Of a stretch of DNA of 64,000 nucleotides, positions 54,851 to 64,000 are shown piece by piece. The stretch's first letter is position 1. Every line of letters starts with the position of its first letter. Origin of the DNA: Octopus vulgaris (Eukaryota); the NCBI GenBank assembly GCA_951406725.2, contig OX597821.1, positions 31,124,001 through 31,188,000 of the forward strand, given 5' to 3'. Below the pieces are notes generated by a model. The model saw only the letters and a program-made list of their open reading frames with translations. It had not been told where the DNA came from and did not search any database. Position numbers and translations under genes: made by a program.

Positions 54851-56384
54851 GCCATTTCAGTCTATATTTGCCCACCAACACAACTTATTTCATCCACAAT
54901 AATGAAAGAAAACGTTAACATCTACATTTCCAATAAATTATCCTTATGTACTTTCGGTACTTTTGAATTTGTCTGTCTCACAATCACACCCACTGAAGGT
55001 AGGAGTGAAATGGAAATGTGTTATTTCGAATATCATCAGAAATGTTCTTCCTGATTCGCCATGGCTGTGCATACTCCGGGACCAACAAACAAACTCCAAC
55101 AGACCATTTAGATGAGATATCATGTCATATATTACACCCATTTTATTCTAGTCACAAAAAAATGTACCTTTTTAGGGGTCACTTTGAGGCGGCAATTCAA
55201 AGTATTAGCTGCAAATTAATCGATTCGTGAAATATCTTATGCGGTAAATCGTTTACAGTGATTATGATCCTTACGTTGTGGGAGATATTGCAGTGAATAC
55301 ATTGCGTTAGACATATAACCAGCTTCACATCACTATCTGGTTAATGGGTGTACTTAAAATAGAAAAGAACTTAGCAATGGCTTTACCATATCATACAATT
55401 TATTTCCGTCTCGTGTGATCTAATTTCCAATATCACGAAGTTTCGATTTTGAATGCATCATTTTGGATCGATACGTAAAATGCAACTGTATTGCAAAATA
55501 TTTCTTCGCTGGTGGCCACCAAGTTGAGAATAACTTCCAGACTTTTGCGGACAAATATGAGAGGTAAAATAACGCGTGAAGTTAACCACCTCACAAAATT
55601 TTAAGGAATGGCAGTATTTTAGCCGGTATATTTTACATGTATTTCACTTTCTGGTGTGAAATTACTGGAGGAGATTTGAGCAAATTCTCTACTACTAAGT
55701 AATACCAATAAAGCGTGTTTATTATAAGCATGTAACTAGGATGTAATGATTATTCGTTAGTACGGGAAGTACAGTATATGGCAGACTTGAGTGACTGCAT
55801 AGTGTTAAAGAGACGTTGATTGACATATTCTTCGGTTACGTCCAATACGTAATTCGACGGACTGTGTTTACATAATACAACATATTTTGTATTTGAGTTG
55901 TAGTTAAATTTTTTTGTTCCTAAAAGATAAAAGGTGAAGTTATGTTCGGTGATACTTGAATTTAGAATTAGAAAAATACTGGAAGTTGTCGCACCTGAAA
56001 ACACTAATTCAATATTAGGTTTTACCTACATACGTACATATTTACTTACAAACACACATAATTACATACATACATGCATATATACATACACAGACAAACA
56101 GACACATACACACACGTATATGTATGTATATATATATATATATATATTCTAATTTATACATTTGTGTCAATTTGTGCGTCTTTGTAACTGCGTGAGTTTT
56201 TACTTCTTTTATAAAATGGCCACATCTTACGATTAAAGTTTCCTTAATAATTAATCTCTGTTTACCAAGGAGACGCGGCAGGTAACATCTGTTTGTCTTG
56301 TAAAAAGACATTAAAAACAAAATATCATTGATCATTTTGTACTATTGTACTCATTCCTATGCTGTATATCTTAGGTTATTCTGG

Positions 56385-56448
<64 letters not shown>

Positions 56449-56499
56449 CCCACCCAATTGTACATCGCCAATGTTTTTAGATTTCTAACATTTTTCTTT

Positions 56500-56925
56500 G
56501 TTCTGAGAAAACTACAAATACTATACGGAATAATATACGAGACATTTATTAAATGAACAAACTGCAAATGAACCAGTTATAACATCAGAGTAGGCACTTG
56601 TATTATACAATGGTATTGTACCGCCTAACAAACAAACATGAAGGTAGTCACATACAAGAATAAGTATATTCTGAGCATTACTCATTCCTGAAACACCATC
56701 AGCAATAAAATTCGTAACCTAAAGTTCTGAGAAAACTACAAATCCTATACGGAATAGTATACGAGACATTTATTAAATGAACAAACTGCAAGTGAACCAG
56801 TTATAACATCAGAGTAGGCACTTGTATTATACAATGGTATTGTACCGCCTAACAAACAAACATGAAGGTAGTCACATACAAAAATAAGTATATTCTGAGC
56901 ATTACTCATTCCTGAAACACCATCA
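56500..56925 (+). repeat. recent tandem duplication of a 202-bp unit (56500-56701, 56724-56925) with a 22-bp spacer
   Basis: The units differ at about four positions, and the spacer matches 57354-57375. Confidence 0.95.
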
Positions 56926-57010
56926 TCCAGACTTTTATAAGATATGCGCAAATTTCCATATGTCCGTATAGGTGTGCATTTTGCATTAGCTCTCCCTACT
57001 GCGACATAAG

Positions 57011-57270
57011 TGGAGGCCCGTGGCTTAATGGTAAGGGTGTCAGCATCATGATTGTATGATTGTGGTTTTGAATCTTGGACCGGGCGACGCGTTTTGTTCC
57101 TTAGCAAACACTTCATTTCACGTTGCTCCAGTCCACTCAGCTGGCAAAAATGAGTAACGCTGCGATGAACTGCCGTCCCGTCCAGCTGGGGGAACATATA
57201 CGCCATAGAAACCAGGAAACTGGGCCAATGAACCTGGCTAGGCTTTGAAAGGGCTCATTTATTTTTATTT
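57011..57270 (+). mobile_element. tRNA-derived SINE (M1 + T1), full length
   Basis: Head tggaggcccgtggcttaatggtaaggg..ggttttgaatc, M1 cacttcatttcacgttgctccagtccactcagctg, tail ctgcgatgaactgccgtcccgtccag..gaaaccaggaaactgggcc. Confidence 0.9.
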
Positions 57271-57483
57271 ACTGCGGAATAAAAGTTTGCCCGGGCTAAA
57301 ATAAACATGTCATTTTCTGCAACTATAATTCATAGAGACACGATACTCTGGCAGCAATAAAATTTGTAACCTAAAATTAAGCAAATTTATATTTAGATAT
57401 CTGTGTGGTGGGTGCCTGCATGTTTGTTCGCGCTAGTTTATACTTCTTAGAAAGAACTCTGCAGTCGGTAAACAAAGTAAGGA

Positions 57484-58710
57484 ATGGTTGCTGATTAGTA
57501 CTTTTCACACTAAGACTGTCCACACTTTGGCGCCAGGCAATCAAGGACAACAGTAGATTTCAGCAAGGCGGGCTGGAATGACGTTAAGATTTGCTGAGGA
57601 AGGCAAGAACTTTGTCAAACCAGAAACCGGCCTATAGATATATGCCAGTTCCGTTGAATATATAGCTTTATGATATAATAGTATGCGAGAGATCGTTTTC
57701 GGTTCACCCCACCGCATATTATATCTGTTATTTTCAGGGTAATTTTTGGTGGTCTAAATAAGGATTTTAACTTTTATTTCTAGCGGGTATATATTTTCAA
57801 TGGGTCCTTTGGTTGATACAATTTTAGTTCTATAGCTATGTAACGCTCATTTAAGTCTGCAACCACCTATATTAATATTCTTGTTATTATGGACTATTTA
57901 TATTGACTTCCATAATAACAATATTAATATCGAAGGCGTAGGAGTGGCTGTGGTAAGTAGCTTGCTTACCAACCACATGGTTCAGGGTTCAGTCCCACTG
58001 CATGGCACCTTGGGCAATTGTCTTCTACAATAGCCTCGGGCCGACAAAATCCTTGAGAGTGGATTTGGTAGACGGAAACTGAAAGAAGCCCGTCGTATAT
58101 ATGTATGTATATGTATGTGTGTGTGTGTGTGTTTGTGTGTCTGTGTTTGTCCACCAACATCGCTTGACAACCGGTGCTGCTGTGTTTACGTCCCCGTAAC
58201 TTAGCGGTTTGGCAAAAGAATCCGATAGAATAAGTACTAGGCTTACAAAGAATAAGTAATGGGGTCGATTTGCTCGATTAAAGGTGATGCTCCAGCATGG
58301 CCACAGTCAAATTACTGAAACAAGTAAAAGAGTAAAAGAAACAAAGAGTATCTATACAAATATTTGCTTCTGAATATTTTGGCTGCTGATTAGAACATTT
58401 CACACTGAGGCTCTCCACAGTTTGGCGCCAATCAATTAAGGACTTCAGCAGATTTCAACATGACGGACTCGAATGATGTTTCTAAGGGTTAAGATTTGTT
58501 GAGGAAGATGAGAACAATGTGTCAAACCAGAAACCGTCGTAGATATATATATATATATATATATACGATTAAATATATAGCTTTATGCTATATTGGTATG
58601 CGAGAGATCTTTTTCCGTTCACCCCACCGTATACTGTTGTATATGTTATATTCAGTGTAATACTTGGTGGTCTAAAGGAGGGTTTTATCTCTTATTTCTG
58701 GTGGGTAAAC
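57484..58710 (+). repeat. old tandem duplication (57484-57790 and 58379-58710) separated by a SINE, with hammerhead-like core
   Basis: Shared blocks gctgattag..tttcacact..tttggcgcca, gttaagatttg.tgaggaag..tgtcaaaccagaaaccg and gtatgcgagagatc..gttcaccccaccg. Confidence 0.85.
57934..58350 (+). mobile_element. SINE family B, full length
   Basis: Collinear with 18755-19168. Confidence 0.92.
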
Positions 58711-59461
58711 ACTTCAGTGTGTCCTTTAATTAATATATATATATATGTATGTGTGCGTATACATATATATGTAGATGCATACATACCTACAGAGCTACCT
58801 CTATATATTCATCCATTGATCCTTCTATCCATCCATCCATCCATCCATCTATGCATACCTACATACGTACACGCAGAAACGTAGTAGCAAAAGTGGAAAT
58901 TGATCAATGCATAAATTGTTTCAGAAGGATGATAAACATCAAAGCAACGGAGCTACAGAAGAAAATATTACCGACGGTTCAGTTCGCATACGCTAAGTAG
59001 GGAAAAACATATATCCTGATTAAAAATTTCTTTCCTTTCTATGAAGTATAATCTTCGTCTCCGATTTCAAGGCATAAAAACATTAAAAGTTTCAATGCGT
59101 CTCATAATGGTAATACATTTTTGAAAGTATTTGTACTGTGTGTACTTTAATAATTGCTTCTCATTATTGGTCTTAAATGTGTGGAAACTCTATTCGATAA
59201 ACGGCAGAAATGAAATGAAAAAAGGAGTTGTGATAACAAATATCATTGAAATAAATTTACGTTTATAACTAGAATATGTTTTCATGCAAGAATTTTGGAA
59301 AAGCCTGAAAGGGTTTTGAAGTAAATTTTTGATGTATATATAAGATCTATTTAAATATATTTACCGAACTGACACGGATAATGTAAAGTTTTTTTTACTG
59401 CAGGCATAAGATTTGAAATTTGTATAAAATGGACAAGTACATTACATTCACACGAATGCCC

Positions 59462-59575
59462 AACTAGTACTTATTTCATCGACCACAGCAGCTGAAGTCA
59501 ACCTCGGCGGAATTTGAACTAAGAACGTAACGCCGGAAGAAATGCCGCGAGGCAAATTTTTACGGCAACCTAACG
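59462..59575 (-). mobile_element. SINE family A fragment
   Basis: agtacttatttcatcgacc..aagtcaacctcggcggaatttgaact.agaacgtaacg. Confidence 0.75.
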
Positions 59576-59639
59576 AAATTGCTTTTTTTTAATTAAATCA
59601 AAGAGGAGATTTATTCCATATAGTATTATATATTTTACA

Positions 59640-59753
59640 TGCATGATTCAGTCTCGCTATGGCAAGTTGGGCAAGTGTACATTAGTTTTGGTCCGACCAA
59701 AGTCGCGATTGGATTTGGTCGGTTGAATCCAAAAGAAGGTCGCCATATAAGTG

Positions 59754-59810
<57 letters not shown>

Positions 59811-60180
59811 AGAGTTTACGAAAAAAAACAAAAGACGAAGACAGGTGGTGGTGTACAAAACAAACAGATGTATTAGTATAACGCTCAGGAATAGAAAATG
59901 TCTTACATTTCGAGCCTACGCTCTTCTACAGAAAAGGACACAGAAAAAACAAGGAGGGAAAAAAAAATATATATATATGTGTGTGTGTGTGTGGTGTATG
60001 TGTATGTATGTGTGCGTGTCCTTATGTCTGTAACTTCTCCCACCTCTACTGGACAGCTGTTGCTGCTTTGTTAACACCCCCGTAAATAGCGGTTCTGCAA
60101 AATAACTTTTGTTGTCCATCTATTCGACTGAAAATTACGCAAGGACGTGTCCTAACAGTCTGATGACCGAAAGAGGTAAA
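59640..60180 (+). mobile_element. decayed SINE family B split at its (TA)n by repeat H1
   Basis: 5' half ttgggcaagtg..ccgaccaaag..tggatttggt..aaagaagg; 3' half cccccgtaaatagcggttctgcaaaa..cagtctgatgaccgaaagaggtaaaa. Confidence 0.7.
59809..59968 (-). mobile_element. repeat H1, copy 3
   Basis: (TA)n-ggagagtttacgaaaaaaaacaaaagacgaagacagg..tttcgagcctacgctcttctacagaaaagg. Confidence 0.88.
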
Positions 60181-61109
60181 ATATAAATTATAACAGATGC
60201 CACATCGCAATGTCATCAGTACATTTAGGCTGACGTATATAAACGTGATGTTTTTCTTTGTGCTACAATTTTAGCACAAATTAAAATTCTATTTGAATCT
60301 CTCACGTTTTTATTTTGTTCAATGACGTTTTATGTTGCATCGAATAAATATAAATTGGAATGTGAGATTCTGGAGCTGCTGCACTTCTAAGGACTGCAAT
60401 TTAGAGCTTAGATTATGTTAGCTCATTTCTCCTTAATTTTTGTAAATATTGGCAGATTCAGGCTGTTTCAGTGATGCAGTAAATCTGTCATATACAACTG
60501 ACATTGAATCTACTGGCATATGGGTTAATATATGAACTACTGTGGAAAAGTAAAATCACTTTAAAAGGCATCCTGAAAGAAATGTAGATGGATGTAAAAA
60601 ATGGGAGGAACCAGCTTCGGAAAAAAGCTAAGTAGATGAAATATATAATAGCAAGTAGTAAAATGTTTGAAGAGATGGCCTTGTGTGGCATTGTCAAGAA
60701 AAGCTCGATGACAATTTTAAATGTTCAATATATAAAACGTTCGTTTGTGTACATCTTTTTAAGCCTGGGTATGTACAACATTTGATGTCCTATCAAATTT
60801 GCGAAAAATCGTCAATGAAAATTCGAAACTAACAACTTTTGATTCAGCTCGCTATGTTGGTTAGTCTTTGCGTTTTTTATGCACAGGATGTCTCAGATTG
60901 CTTTAGTTCATTTCTATGAAATTAAATAAAGATACATAGCTCATCAAAGAAAAACTCTCTTTTGAAAAGAAATTGGCATAAGTAATCTTGAGAATTCTTT
61001 TATCACACCTATTCGATGAATCCACCGTTGGCATTAGCGGCCATTTCAAGGCGGATCGGAATACATGCCTGAAGCAAACAATCTTTATTAATGTTGGGCG
61101 AAGTGCAAA

Positions 61110-61700
61110 ATGTGGCAGACTTGAGTGACTGCATGGTGTTAAAGAGACGTTGATATACTTATCCTTCGGGTACGTCCCATATGTAATAGTCCATTGGATT
61201 GAGGTTTGATGCGATAGGGACCTATATGTCTGGAAGTACCTGAGCATGGAGAGTGGAACACATCCACACTTCGCTTGGCTTAACTTTATGAGACAGCGCA
61301 GAGATTTGCTAAAAAAATTACATTACATTGCGTATTCTTTCTATCCAGGCCTCACATCTTTCGCCAAAAACTAGGTGTATTGAGTCCCATGTACTTTTAA
61401 GTCCGCTAAAAAAAATTAGTGGGATGACATCTCCTTTGTAGATGTTATCTCTCAGTGCCCTCACTTTTGTTGGGGATTTATTATTCATGACTGTTGAAAT
61501 CAAATTCCGATCTCCGCATAACTATCTGTCAAGCCTTCGGTTTACATTTCGGCGTTGATCTAAGTATTTCAGCCTCTTGGTGTTTTGACTTGTTCAAGGA
61601 ACACTTGGCACTGATCGAACGTATCCCCGTTGTCATATCCGACATAAACAGACCTCACATCTTTGATTCTCCTGAACAAACCAACCTAATATCATCCAGC
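61110..61700 (+). mobile_element. very decayed LINE 5' region with possible APE endonuclease relic
   Basis: Faint motifs HPH..ET, YSFYP, G(D)FIIH and RIP..RPHIFD in APE order. The first ~75 bp are repeated at 55779-55855. Confidence 0.35.
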
Positions 61701-62008
61701 TTCAACCTTCCACGCATTCTATGTATGAAGTGAAATCCTTGGTGTAACTATAAAGTGAACTGATGAGCCAGATTTCATTATTTTCATTGATTTGGGAATA
61801 TGTAATGGCATCGAATACTGCTGAGCATGTTTATCAGTATAAACATAAAATAATAAATTCTGCCACACACAATACTATTTGAAGAGTTCCGCGAAACATT
61901 TGTAATTCTAAGAACGTCACGAGAATCAATAAATTCATTGTTGCATCACATCTCACCTGACATTTACGATTCCCACACATACACACGCAACACTCACATA
62001 TACACACG

Positions 62009-62043
<35 letters not shown>

Positions 62044-62050
62044 GTATATA

Positions 62051-62100
<50 letters not shown>

Positions 62101-62250
62101 ATGGGCTATTTTAGTTTCTATCTACCAAGTGAACTCACAAAGTTTAGACACAGAACTCTGAAAGAACTCTTGCGAAGGTACCACGCAATGGGATTGAGAT
62201 CTTGTGGTTAGGAAAACACCTGTTTCTATACATTCATGTATATATATATG

Positions 62251-62552
<302 letters not shown>

Positions 62553-63754
62553 ACTTATGTTCATATATATATATATATATATGTATGTTTGAATATACAT
62601 GTATATGTGTATGTCTGTGTACGTGTTTATGCATACACGTACTTATAGGTTTGTTTTCCCAATCCGCTAACATATATCCATGAGTAAAATTTCCCCCGAA
62701 GATAATTTCATGTTGAATACCCATGGGAGCTTTCTTGATGGAATATTTAACCTATTTAGATTTAAATTTGTACTCTCTATGGAGTCTTCTCTCTAAATCA
62801 CAATCTGTTTCTGGTTTCTACATTCCCTATAACCGTTGTAATTCTTGACAGAATAATTCCAACAATAAATAAAAAAGAATCCCTAAAACATATGATCCAA
62901 CTCATTCTGTTTATCATATATAGGTGATTGTCATTTTTAATTGTGTTAGCTTTCTTATTTCTATAACTAGACTTGTGTTGAAGCCCGAAATCAAGAACGA
63001 TATTTTGAGAATTCGTTGAAAATTTTTTCGAAATATTTAATTGTTCTGCTTTAATTGCAAAATTTACGCAATAAACATAGATACATACGCACGCACACAC
63101 ACACATACACACACATGCGTCTGTGTTTTGTGTAAAACAATGTATAGCTAGCTTAAAAGAGGATCATTGACCCACGACACGAACTAATAACATATGCCGA
63201 CTTATAATCTAATCTCACACCAAATATATGCAGTGTCACATTGACTTCAACGTACGTGACTTCAGCTGCATTGAAAGATTTAGCTGGAAATCCTATGCAT
63301 TAATAAAGTCAGTCTTTCCTTCCTTCGTTTAATGGAAACGAGAATGAATAGAATATAACGTAAAAAAGAAAATTCCCAAGAATATGAATACATTCCACAT
63401 ACAATAATGATTTCTGTTTCAATAAGAATACCATTTGGCAATAAGAGAACACAATCATTCGTTTTTTTCTGTTTTTCAATTCCATTGACGATGAAATATC
63501 GTAGACATAGATTACAGGATTTATGGCTACATATGTTTTATAAAAGCCAGATTAAGTTTACAAATACCTTTTATCCCATTAATTTATTCTTCTTATAGGA
63601 AAAATATGGTGTTCAGTGAATGGTTAGAACAAATTATATTCATTCATAGATCTGTTTAATAGCTATAAAAATTGAAAAGGATACAGTCAATCATGTATTA
63701 TATATGTTGTTTCAATATACTTATAATTAACACAGTAAGACTGCCTTGGCTGTA

Positions 63755-63900
63755 GTGCGCTGACAGTTCTATTATCCCATTCGACAAAGTGCTCAACGAT
63801 ATATCTTGAGATTCTTTCCTTTCTGAGTTCAACTTCCGCCGGTTTTCATGATTTGCCTTTCAAACATTTTGTGGTTGATAAGTGCGTGTTTAGTACTTGA
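63755..63900 (+). mobile_element. SINE family A-like, heavily decayed
   Basis: ttctgagttcaacttccgcc..tttgcctttcaaacattttgtggttgataa. Confidence 0.55.
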
Positions 63901-64000
63901 TTAGTGCATTATTTGAAGAAGCGATAGTGGAGCGAATCGAACCCCGTATTTCTTATTTTTTAAACTGGTATTGTGTAAATCCTGTCCTTTCGCTGAACCA

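Noticed and set aside
56500-56925. Repeat-spacer-repeat pattern as a CRISPR-like array
   Set aside because: Only two 202-bp units in eukaryotic DNA with no cas genes; local duplication explains it.
60153-60180. CTGATGAccGAAA, an apparent hammerhead core
   Set aside because: There is no room for stem II, and it aligns to the SINE B tail cagtcaaatgactgaaac, so it is chance decay.
61110-61190. Possible HDV-like ribozyme at a LINE 5' end
   Set aside because: I could not find a P1 partner strand or the nested pseudoknot by eye.

Overview
This is very AT-rich, microsatellite-saturated eukaryotic non-coding DNA (intergenic or a large intron). The repeat repertoire looks like a coleoid cephalopod, probably Octopus; that is my inference from recognising repeats and was not verified. 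I found no host protein-coding exon, and nearly all ORF-track entries are microsatellite or SINE artefacts. Decayed mobile elements recognised by manual translation: two CR1-type LINE RT relics, an RTE RT relic, a 5'-truncated R4/Dong-type element (RT end plus restriction-like endonuclease) inside trinucleotide microsatellites, a ~3.2 kb Penelope-like element (RT plus C-terminal GIY-YIG), a Tc1 DD34E element with TIRs, and mariner and maT-like fragments. Recognised from DNA structure: a MITE with 8-bp TSD and internal telomeric repeats, two Helitron-like elements and many tRNA-derived SINEs. The most interesting signals are short (TA)n-anchored repeats carrying minimal hammerhead-ribozyme-like motifs (one family has a fixed A6->U core change in all four copies), fold-back palindromes at (TA)n tracts, module shuffling among SINEs, and a CR1 3' tail shared with the commonest SINE. 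Coordinates were read by eye, so boundaries of decayed elements are approximate.
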